A stretch of DNA of 32,000 nt from contig NC_014833.1 of NCBI RefSeq assembly GCF_000179635.2, forward strand, positions 1,680,001 to 1,712,000. The letters are read 5' to 3'. The stretch comes from Ruminococcus albus 7 = DSM 20455 (GTDB lineage: Bacteria > Bacillota > Clostridia > Oscillospirales > Ruminococcaceae). The translations under genes were made by a program, and so were the position numbers. The notes under the pieces were generated by a model. It had not been told where the DNA came from. It searched no databases and saw only the letters and a list, made by a program, of their open reading frames with translations. Positions within the stretch are counted from its first letter, which is position 1, and every line of letters begins with the position of its first letter. Positions 17,238 through 28,168 of the stretch are shown piece by piece.

Positions 17238-18750
17238 ATGTCCGAACAAAATATGACATCGGAAATAGTATCACTCCGTAATGAAAATGCTGTCCTCAAA
17301 GAAGAACTAGCACTTGCCAACCAGCAGCTGGAATGGTTCAGAAAGCAGATATTCGGAAGAAAAACGGAGCAGACAGCTGTTGTCATGGAGAAAGAATTCG
17401 GTGTTCAGCTATCGATGTTCGGGAAAGAAGAAAAGTCTGTATATAAAGAGCATGGAACAATAACTGTTCCCGAACACAAGCGCAAGAAAAAGCGAACTTA
17501 TGATGACTGGATGAGCAGTCTTCCTGTTAAAGAGGAACATCATGAGATCAAAGATCCCGTCTGTGAGATATGCGGCGCGAAAATGGTGGAGATCGGTGAT
17601 GAAAAGGCTTATGATGAGCTTGTATATTCACCCGCCAAATTCTATATCCGCAGACATATCGTACATAAATACAAGTGTCCCGAGTGCGGAGAAAAGCCCG
17701 AAGAAAGAGACGAACCTTGTCATATCATCCGTGCGCCATATCCTCACGCTATGATCCCGGGAAGCTATTGCTCTCCCGAACTTCTGGCTCATATCATCTA
17801 CGAAAAATATGCAAAAGTCAGTACCTCTGCACCGTCAGGAAAAGGACTTTTTTTAAATTTCCCAAAAAAAGATACCTTTGCTAAAAGCGACTATGTCTAA
17901 TTGGGTAGGTGCTGCCGCTGAAAAATGGTGTCTGCCGGTCGTTGAGAAAATGCATGAAATGCTTATCGCAGGACAGATCATCCACGCTGATGAGACAACA
18001 GTGCAAGTTCTTCACGAGGAAGGCAGAAAAGCCACATCGGTATCGAGGATGTAGGTGTACTGCAACGGCAAGATGAACGACCGCAACATCATCATTTTCG
18101 ATTATCAGCCCACAAGGAAAGGCGAGCATCCCTCGAATTTCCTTAAAGGCTTTATCGGATATCTGGTCTGTGACGGATATGATGCCTACAACGCTGTCGA
18201 GAGTGCGAAGCGGTGCGGCTGTATGACTCATACCAGGCGTGGTTTTATTCAGACTCTTCCGAACGACCAAAAGCTGCACAGCACTTCTGTTGCGGCAAAG
18301 GCAGTAGAATATTTCAACAAGATATATCACGAAGAAAATCTGCTTGCCGACAGCTCCACAGAATACAGATATGAACAGCGCCTTGTGAAGGTAAAGCCTT
18401 TGCTTGACGAGTTTTTTGCGTGGCTTGAAACTGTTCAGGTCAGCGGTAAGGGCAAGCTGACAGATGCAGTAAGATATGCGCTGAATGAACGGAAGTATCT
18501 GTATACATTTCTCGAAAACGGAGACGTGCCTATCGACAACAACAGAGCCGAAAACGCAATAAGACCGTTTGCTGTCGGCAGACGCAATTGGTTATTCAGT
18601 AACACAGCCAACGGAGCAAAAGCGAGCGCCGCACTGTATTCAGTCATTTCAACTGCACAAGCGAACGGTCTTGATGCCGAGAAATACCTGACCGAGCTGT
18701 TTTCACAGCCTGCGGGAACGATATTATTACCATGGAGGGAAGAAAAATGA
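17238..18750 (+). pseudogene. tnpC: IS66 transposase TnpC, copy B, with three lesions
   Basis: An extra A in the run at 17813-17816 shifts the frame. A 9-nt T/A-rich insertion carries an in-frame TAA (17854-17856). A TGG-to-TAG nonsense change lies at 18052-18054 (SRM*VYCNGK, versus SRMWVYCNGK in copy A). Confidence 0.85.
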
Positions 18751-19127
18751 AAGAAGTACTTGAAGAGTGCCGTTACTGCCATGCACCTCTGAAACTTGAG
18801 ATCAGCGAGACTTCGATCCATACATTTCAAGGTCACAGGAATGAATTCACAATAAAGAACGAGCCCTATCTTGCCTGCACAAAATGCAATAACCGCTTTC
18901 AGGCAGAGCCGTACCAGTTTGAGAAAACCGGTGCATTCTTAGATTTTCTTATGTCGATCAAGCTGAAGAGCGCTGAGATCGAGTACAAAAACATGATTGT
19001 GTATGCCGTTTCGTCAGAGCCATCTGCACGGACTTTGAGAGAGCCACTTTCACGGAGTAAAGAGCCACTTGTGATAAACGCCATTCTCGAACTAGGTTCG
19101 TTCGCATTTATTCCACAGTCCACTTGA
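18747..19127 (+). CDS. IS66 copy B passenger protein (126 aa) with an N-terminal zinc-ribbon-like CxxC...CxxC
   Basis: ATG 18747 overlaps the tnpC stop (ATGA), and RBS GGAGGG lies 6 nt upstream. The sequence is MKEVLEECRYCHAPL...YLACTKCNN. It is unrelated to the passenger of copy A. Confidence 0.55.
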   Translation: MKEVLEECRYCHAPLKLEISETSIHTFQGHRNEFTIKNEPYLACTKCNNRFQAEPYQFEKTGAFLDFLMSIKLKSAEIEYKNMIVYAVSSEPSARTLREPLSRSKEPLVINAILELGSFAFIPQST

Positions 19128-19217
19128 CAGCAAGCCTCTATGAGTGCGGTAGTCCGGCAGCACAGGCAGGCAGCCACGAGGGCTGCTGCCTGGCCACCAG
19201 CCTACCACACTCATACT
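19114..19217 (+). other. Long imperfect hairpin (about 105 nt) inside the IS66 copy B passenger region
   Basis: Outer arms TTGACAG (19114-19120) / CTGTCAA (19211-19217) and TATGAGTG (19129-19136) / CACTCATA (19198-19205). These enclose a GC-rich inner hairpin GGCAGGCAGCC-ACGAG-GGCTGCTGCC (~19154-19180). Confidence 0.5.
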
Positions 19218-19274
19218 CACTGTCAAGCGGCTTTTGCGGCATAAAAGCTCACTCCGTCATGCAGATTATCGAAG

Positions 19275-19348
19275 TGGCTCTCATGTCTGGCAAGGTGGCT
19301 CTCAAACAGCGGCAGACTGGCTCTGAAACACCGTGCAGGTGGTTCTCA
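19275..19348 (+). repeat. Four direct 10-bp repeats (G/C)TGG(C/T)TCT(C/G)A phased at 21-22 bp (iteron-like array)
   Basis: GTGGCTCTCA at 19275 and 19296, CTGGCTCTGA at 19317, GTGGTTCTCA at 19339. Two inverted copies (AGAGCCACT) at 19040 and 19061 are also 21 bp apart. Confidence 0.7.
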
Positions 19349-19417
19349 CACGCCGGCGTATACAATGATCAAGTATGTTGATAAAAACCTCAAGTTTATA
19401 TGCGTGGAATGATCAAA

Positions 19418-19456
19418 CCCCTGCTCGGAAAAATCACGGGCAGGGGTGAGTTTTTT
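19418..19456 (+). terminator. Intrinsic terminator just inside the right end of IS66 copy B
   Basis: Stem CCCCTGCTCG / CGGGCAGGGG (9/10), 9-nt loop, then TGAG and TTTTTT (19451-19456). Confidence 0.65.
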
Positions 19457-19526
19457 ATGGGACGCGGTTTATTTTACGCTTACCTCCGACAAAATGAGTC
19501 AGAGCTTTTTATCATTTGAAACAGTA

Positions 19527-22500
19527 TCAGTTCTTGAAAGCTATGCGGAAGAAGTTATAGAGGTGAGCTCTTATACAGTTATCTCCGTGATAGCCGCCGT
19601 TTACATAGTGCCATATATGAGGCACACCATTCTTTTCAAAGCTGGAGTGGTAGTTTTTGGGATTGTCATAAACGGTCTTATCGTCGCTGCCGGCAGTTAT
19701 CATCAGGAAGTAGGGCTGATCATCACCGCTCCATCTGAATGAACCTGATACTCCGGGAGCAGGGCATATCGCACCGATGTAGCCGAATAAGTCGGGGCGC
19801 TTCATTCCGATCAGGAGCGATTCACGTCCGCCCATTGAGAAGCCTGTGATAGCAGTATTGTCCTGACCTGTTTTGATACTGAAATTTTTCGCAATATATG
19901 GCATAAGATCCTTGGTCAGATCGTTTATGAAGTTATCGTATGCCTGATTGTTTGTTTCATCCATACCTGTACAGGATCTCAGGGTAGGACTTGAGAATAC
20001 ATCAGGGAATACGCAGATCATTTCCTTGGCTGCTCCTTCTGCAATAGCATTTCCTATCATTTCGCGGGTATGCATATCGGCATTTCCTTTTGTGAGCATT
20101 CTGTCGATACCCTCATAGTAGCCGTGAAGGATGTACATTACGGGATATTGCTTGTTGGGATCATAGTTCGGGGGCAGAAGGATATTTACGTCCTTTTGTC
20201 TGTTGCAGGTGGTCGAATAGTAGCTCTTTTTCAGTATCTCACCGTAAGCTACACCATTCTTTGAACTATTTGCTGAATCAGGCTCTTTTTCAACTATACC
20301 GTTCTGGACCTTTGCGGTGAAATCCTTCATTGAAAGATGTGTGTTTATTACAGGAAATTCTTTGATCTCACCCAGAAGATATGACCTGAGCAGGGCTTCG
20401 TCGTTTTCATCAACAGCACCGCTGCGGTCTATATCAGCATTGTATTTTGAAGCACTGTTGTTTATACCCCTGATCATGCCTTTTTTGAGTTCTATAAGAT
20501 CCTTTATCGTGATATTTCCGTCAAGATCAACATCGCCTGTTACGGGTGCTGCAGATCTGTTTATCTTAGTGCCTGCAGGAGCAGCAATGATCTCATCTAT
20601 ATAGAAATCACAAAGCTCCTGTGTGGTTTCTGCCACGAGAACAAGATTCTCGGCACCGCTTGGGATAGTGTACGAAGGATTGTACAGTTGTACGAACTTT
20701 CCTCGGTCGGCATAAGCTTGTGCTATCTTGTCATATTTCGTTTCGCCGTTCAGGTCGTACTGTAATGTTAGTTTGAACTCAGTGGTGTCTGAACCTTCAA
20801 GATTTGCAAAGCAGGCACTGAATGTGTAGCTCTTGCCCGGTACGAATGCACTTGTGCTCAGGGACTTCTGTCCGCCGTTCCATGCTCCGCTCCTTCCCGA
20901 AAGGCTGAGTGATTTGGAGCCTTTATACTTGGCAGAGGAGCTTGCAGCAGCTGTGCATCCGCCTCTTGCAGACCAGTCATCTGTACCGTTTTCAAAAGTA
21001 TCATGGAAAATGTAGCTGCTTGTTTCGGTTCCGGAAGTGTTTCCTTGTGATACTGATGCGGAAGGTGCATCTATCTTTGTCCCGGCGGGAGCAGCTATAA
21101 CTTCATCAATATAGAAATCACAGTTCTCCTCGGTGGTCTCAGCTACCAGCACAAGATTAGTAGCACCGGATGGGATAGTATATGAAGAATTGTAAAGCTG
21201 TACATACTTGCCGCGGTCGCCTGTTTCCTGAGCTATCTTGTCATAATTTGTCTGACCGTTCAGATCGTACTGTAATGTGAGCTTGAATTCTGCAGTGTCA
21301 GGACCTTCCCGATTTATAAAGCAGGCGCTGAACGCATAGCTTTTGCCCGGTACGAATATATTGGTGCTCAATGATCTCATTCCGCCGTTCCATGCTGCAG
21401 TTCTTTCCGAAAGACTTAATGAGTATGATCCGCTGTATTTTGAATCAGTGCTTACAGCAGCTGTACAGCCGCCTCTTGCAGACCATTTACCAATGCCGTT
21501 TTCAAAAGTATCATGGAGCAGGTAGCCGTCCGCATCAGGTTCAACTACGGAAGGCGGATTCCACTCAGCGCGTTCATAGTCAAAATAGTCAACATCAACG
21601 AAACCGCCTGTTGACTTTGTAGCGTAGCTGAATATAGCATTTCTGTATCCTGTGAAAAGTTTTAGATCATAAGTCATACTCAGCTGACTGCCTATCTTTT
21701 TCCATGATATACCGTCAAGAGAGTAATAAAAATTAACCTTGTCTATGTTGTTGGATACGTTATAATTTCCGTCAACGGTATTGAACTGAAATTCTGTTTT
21801 TAAAAATACAGTACTTCCGCTGAATGATACTTCTTCCTGTATCTTGTCAGCGCTGTTCATTACATCGTTTCCACCGTAATTGCCATTTGTAGCCATGTAG
21901 ATCTTTTTTTCACCGCTGTCTGTAATACGCACTCCTATATTTCCGTAGTTATACTGGAAAGCTGAAAGACCTGCATAGTCGCCCGGTTTCATATTGGATA
22001 CATCCATTTTTATAATGCCGGAACAGGAGGGACCTTCTGTTCTCATGGTCAGTGTATTTCTGGCATTCATTATGCTTTTTGCTGTGTAACCGTTTTTAAG
22101 GCGCAGCCAGCCCGGTCTTTCGGTAAGGGACCAGTACCTGTTGTCAGGGTTATGGTTCCACTGCCATTCAGGTTTAAGCTTATTATTGCTGTAAACAAAT
22201 TCGTCATCCACGGCAAGCTGTGTGCCTTTGTGATCACCGGGAATATCCAGTACTACAGGTGCTTTGCCGTTTACACCCATGATCGGCCAGTCGTTCTGCC
22301 AAGTAACAGGGACAAGAACAGGTATACGTCCGACCGCACCATGATCCTGGAAAAGAAGTCCGTACCAATCACCGTCGGGTGTATCTACTATACCGCCCTG
22401 AGCCACTCCTGAACCGTAGGTGCCGAGTCCCGAATCAAGTACGGTCTTGCCTTCAAAAGTTCCGGTAAGGCTCTTGCTGCGGTAGCAAAGTTCGATCCTT

Positions 22501-23228
22501 TTGCTGCCGCTTGGCCATGCTATAAGGAATACGTAGTACCAGCCGTTTATTTTCTGTACATGAGCGCCCTCGCCCGCAAGTCCCGAAAGACCTGTCCTGA
22601 TGATAGTACGCTCCTGTGCGCCGTATGCAAATCCTGTCATCTGTGAGTTGAGCTCCTTGATCTTGATATTGCCGTCGCCGCCGTAAACGAGATAGTTTCT
22701 TCCGTCGTCATCGAAAAGGATAGAAGCATCATGGTACATACCGCTTATCTCACTTTTTGTCCAGCTGCCGTTCTCGATATCATTTGTCTTGTAAATATAT
22801 GACTTGTTCGTGCCGTAGCTTCCGAAAAATACAAAGAACGTTCCTTTGTGATATCTCAGACTTGCAGCCCATGAACCGTGAGAATAGTCATGCTGGCCGT
22901 TTGAAAGCGTCTGCTTAGCACCGTCAGCCATGGTATCATAAACATAGGAGCATATCTCCCATGATACAAGGTCTTTCGATTTCATAACAGGCACGCCGGG
23001 GCTGAAGTACATGGTAGTACTTACCATATAGTAAGTATCACCGACCCTTATTATATCAGGGTCGGGAACATCTGCCCATATTATTGGGTTAGCTACCTGT
23101 CCTGTTTCAAGAGCGTGTGCAGTTGTCACAGGCATCTCTCCGCAAGCGGCTGCCATACAGGATGCTGCAAGTGCCGCTGATGACAATACTGACAGTAGTC
23201 TTTGGGTTATCGGTTTTGGTCTTGACAT
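19527..23228 (-). CDS. Secreted multidomain cellulosomal hemicellulase: signal peptide, GH43, beta-sandwich domain, two CBM22-like (CBM_4_9) modules, dockerin, CE1-type esterase
   Basis: RBS GGGAGGA before ATG 23228 and a hydrophobic signal sequence. GH43 N-terminal motif NPIIWADVPDPDIIRVGDTYYMVSTT...KSKDLVSWE. Two 150-aa repeats (HDTFENG...WSARGGCTAA...FYIDE). Dockerin GDVDLDGNITIKDL...NADIDRSGAVDENDEALL. Esterase motifs YPVMYILHG and GFSMGG. Confidence 0.9.
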   Translation of the reverse strand: MSRPKPITQRLLSVLSSAALAASCMAAACGEMPVTTAHALETGQVANPIIWADVPDPDIIRVGDTYYMVSTTMYFSPGVPVMKSKDLVSWEICSYVYDTMADGAKQTLSNGQHDYSHGSWAASLRYHKGTFFVFFGSYGTNKSYIYKTNDIENGSWTKSEISGMYHDASILFDDDGRNYLVYGGDGNIKIKELNSQMTGFAYGAQERTIIRTGLSGLAGEGAHVQKINGWYYVFLIAWPSGSKRIELCYRSKSLTGTFEGKTVLDSGLGTYGSGVAQGGIVDTPDGDWYGLLFQDHGAVGRIPVLVPVTWQNDWPIMGVNGKAPVVLDIPGDHKGTQLAVDDEFVYSNNKLKPEWQWNHNPDNRYWSLTERPGWLRLKNGYTAKSIMNARNTLTMRTEGPSCSGIIKMDVSNMKPGDYAGLSAFQYNYGNIGVRITDSGEKKIYMATNGNYGGNDVMNSADKIQEEVSFSGSTVFLKTEFQFNTVDGNYNVSNNIDKVNFYYSLDGISWKKIGSQLSMTYDLKLFTGYRNAIFSYATKSTGGFVDVDYFDYERAEWNPPSVVEPDADGYLLHDTFENGIGKWSARGGCTAAVSTDSKYSGSYSLSLSERTAAWNGGMRSLSTNIFVPGKSYAFSACFINREGPDTAEFKLTLQYDLNGQTNYDKIAQETGDRGKYVQLYNSSYTIPSGATNLVLVAETTEENCDFYIDEVIAAPAGTKIDAPSASVSQGNTSGTETSSYIFHDTFENGTDDWSARGGCTAAASSSAKYKGSKSLSLSGRSGAWNGGQKSLSTSAFVPGKSYTFSACFANLEGSDTTEFKLTLQYDLNGETKYDKIAQAYADRGKFVQLYNPSYTIPSGAENLVLVAETTQELCDFYIDEIIAAPAGTKINRSAAPVTGDVDLDGNITIKDLIELKKGMIRGINNSASKYNADIDRSGAVDENDEALLRSYLLGEIKEFPVINTHLSMKDFTAKVQNGIVEKEPDSANSSKNGVAYGEILKKSYYSTTCNRQKDVNILLPPNYDPNKQYPVMYILHGYYEGIDRMLTKGNADMHTREMIGNAIAEGAAKEMICVFPDVFSSPTLRSCTGMDETNNQAYDNFINDLTKDLMPYIAKNFSIKTGQDNTAITGFSMGGRESLLIGMKRPDLFGYIGAICPAPGVSGSFRWSGDDQPYFLMITAGSDDKTVYDNPKNYHSSFEKNGVPHIWHYVNGGYHGDNCIRAHLYNFFRIAFKN
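20562..21014 (-). repeat. CBM-coding tandem repeat, unit 2 (aa ~739-889)
   Basis: Offset of 510 bp (170 aa) from unit 1. The mirrored antisense ORFs 20833-21015 and 21343-21525 show the same periodicity. Confidence 0.8.
21072..21524 (-). repeat. CBM-coding tandem repeat, unit 1 (aa ~569-719)
   Basis: See unit 2. The protein repeats align along their whole length (KLTLQYDLNG(Q/E)T(N/K)YDKIAQ...NLVLVAETT). Confidence 0.8.
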
Positions 23229-23680
23229 TTCTTATTCCTCCCGTTCTTATTTATATATTACAGCAAACGAGATCCTTTGATTTACGTTTGCAGTTTTCTA
23301 TTATTTACTGGAATTTGGTGATATATATGATAATATTATTATATACCACAATAATGCACTGAGCTGTTTTAAAACAAAAATTGATCTAATATGGTGATGT
23401 GTCTTAAAAATATCAATATAATTGCTTGATTTAGTGTAAGCTGTCTTTATTGTTAAAAATTATAGCACGGTCAATATTTCTTGTCAAGAAAATTCTTAAT
23501 CTATTTGAAGGTTAATTTTTTGATATATTACAGATATCAATAAGTTTTTAATATCTGTATTTTATAATATCGATTGTAAAAACGAAAGCATATCATATTT
23601 CACAGGGCGAGTTTATCGGCAGTATTACCGGTATTTTTGTAAGACTTATCTTCGGCGGAAGAAAAATTTTCTTGCACTAC

Positions 23681-26580
<2,900 letters not shown>

Positions 26581-26662
26581 TATTTGATTTGTGAAAAATT
26601 ATAAATGTTTGGTTTTTGCAGGATTTCATTTCGTATATTGCAATAAATCTTGATGAAAGCTA

Positions 26663-26691
26663 TTGACATAATCAATTGCATATGTTAGAAT
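26663..26691 (+). promoter_or_regulatory. Promoter for gltBD
   Basis: TTGACA (26663-26668), 17-nt spacer, TAGAAT (26686-26691) with TGT immediately upstream (extended -10). Confidence 0.6.
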
Positions 26692-26771
26692 AATAAACGA
26701 ACAAGGACGTTCATACAAGGGCATAGTGCCCTTGCGTGAGCGTCTTTTTATTTATGCAGAGGTGTTATCGT

Positions 26772-28163
26772 ATGAAGGAACAAGAATCCAAAAATTCATT
26801 TCGCGGCGGACTTTACCGCAGCGAGTTTGAGCATGACAACTGCGGCATAGGTGCGGTCGTCAACATCAGGGGCATCAGATCGAGAAGAGTTGTGGATGAT
26901 GCACTGACTATCGTTGAGAAGCTGGAACACCGCGCTGGTAAAGATGCGGAGGGCAAAACTGGTGACGGTGTCGGTATACTTTCACAGATACCATACGATC
27001 TGTACCGTCGGGAATGCCGGAAACTTGGTTTCGATATCGGCGGTGAGGGCGATTTTGCTGTAGGTATGTTTTTCCTGCCACAGAACGAGCTGAAAAGGAA
27101 TCAGGCAATTAACCTGTTCGAGATAATCGCAGGGAAGAACGGTATAGAGGTACTTGGCTGGCGTGATGTTCCCTCATCACCTGATATACTTGGTCAGAAA
27201 GCCCTTGACAGTATGCCCTGTATCATGCAGTGCTTTGTAAAGCGTCCCGAAGACTGTGCCGCAGGTATGGAATTTGAGCGCAGGCTGTATGTTACAAGAA
27301 GGATATTCGAGCAGAGTGCGGAGAGTACCTATGTATGTTCACTTTCAAGCAGAACAGTGGTATACAAGGGTATGTTCCTGGTGCATGAACTCAGACGTTT
27401 CTATACCGATCTTGCAAGTGAGGACTTTGTTTCTGCAATTGCTATGGTACACTCACGTTTCTCTACCAACACCATACCATCATGGCAGAAAGCGCATCCT
27501 AACAGAATGATCGTACATAACGGTGAGATAAATACCATTACGGGTAATGCAGATAAGATGCTGGCGCGTGAAGAAACCATGTCCTGTGAGGCTTTCAAGG
27601 ACGATATGTACAAAATTTTACCCGCTATCAATGCAGATGGTTCCGACTCCGCAAGGCTGGATAATGCACTGGAATTCATGGTTATGTCCGGTATGCCACT
27701 GCCTCTTGCGGTTATGATAACCATACCCGAACCCTGGAAAAATGATAGGAGCATATCCAAGGAGAAGTACGATTTTTATCAGTACTATGCAACTATGATG
27801 GAACCCTGGGACGGTCCTGCTTCCATTATATTCTCCGACGGCGAGATGATGGGCGCTGTACTGGATCGTAACGGTCTGCGTCCTTCGCGTTACTGTGTGA
27901 CCTCAGACGGTTTTCTTGTGCTGTCCTCAGAAACAGGATGTATAGATATCCCTCCCGAAAATATAGTAAGCAAGGACAGACTTCGTCCCGGAAAAATGCT
28001 GCTTGTTGATACTAAACAGGGAAGGCTTATTGATGATGATGAACTGAAGTCCTATTTTGCAACACGTCAGCCTTACGGTGAGTGGCTTGATTCACAGCTA
28101 GTAAAGCTACATGATCTTCATATGCCCACAAGCACGTCAGCACCTATGACCGCGAAGAACTGA
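26772..28163 (+). CDS. gltB: Glutamate synthase large subunit, N-terminal fragment (Ntn glutamine amidotransferase domain). The frame is broken near 28115-28125.
   Basis: RBS AGAGGTG before ATG 26772. A propeptide is followed by the catalytic CGIGAVV. The ORF ends in an out-of-frame tail (...LHDLHMPTSTSAPMTAKN*). Confidence 0.85.
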   Translation: MKEQESKNSFRGGLYRSEFEHDNCGIGAVVNIRGIRSRRVVDDALTIVEKLEHRAGKDAEGKTGDGVGILSQIPYDLYRRECRKLGFDIGGEGDFAVGMFFLPQNELKRNQAINLFEIIAGKNGIEVLGWRDVPSSPDILGQKALDSMPCIMQCFVKRPEDCAAGMEFERRLYVTRRIFEQSAESTYVCSLSSRTVVYKGMFLVHELRRFYTDLASEDFVSAIAMVHSRFSTNTIPSWQKAHPNRMIVHNGEINTITGNADKMLAREETMSCEAFKDDMYKILPAINADGSDSARLDNALEFMVMSGMPLPLAVMITIPEPWKNDRSISKEKYDFYQYYATMMEPWDGPASIIFSDGEMMGAVLDRNGLRPSRYCVTSDGFLVLSSETGCIDIPPENIVSKDRLRPGKMLLVDTKQGRLIDDDELKSYFATRQPYGEWLDSQLVKLHDLHMPTSTSAPMTAKN

Positions 28164-28168
28164 CCCGT

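Larger units (their letters stand above)
16337..19483 (+). mobile_element. IS66-family insertion sequence, copy B (3147 bp): tnpA and tnpB intact, tnpC multiply disrupted, and a passenger module unrelated to that of copy A
   Basis: Left end GTAAGCGTATAACC at 16337. Right end ...TTTTACGCTTAC stops at 19483. Perfect 8-bp TSD CTCCGACA at 16329-16336 and 19484-19491. Confidence 0.9.

Noticed and set aside
19275-19348. The phased repeats as a CRISPR array
   Set aside because: The repeat units are only ~10 bp with ~11-bp gaps. There are four imperfect copies and no cas genes. This fits protein-binding iterons far better.
19446-19742. ORF 19446-19742 (+) spanning the IS66 right end and the GH43 3' end
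   Set aside because: It crosses the IS/TSD boundary and is antisense to the conserved esterase domain, so it is spurious.
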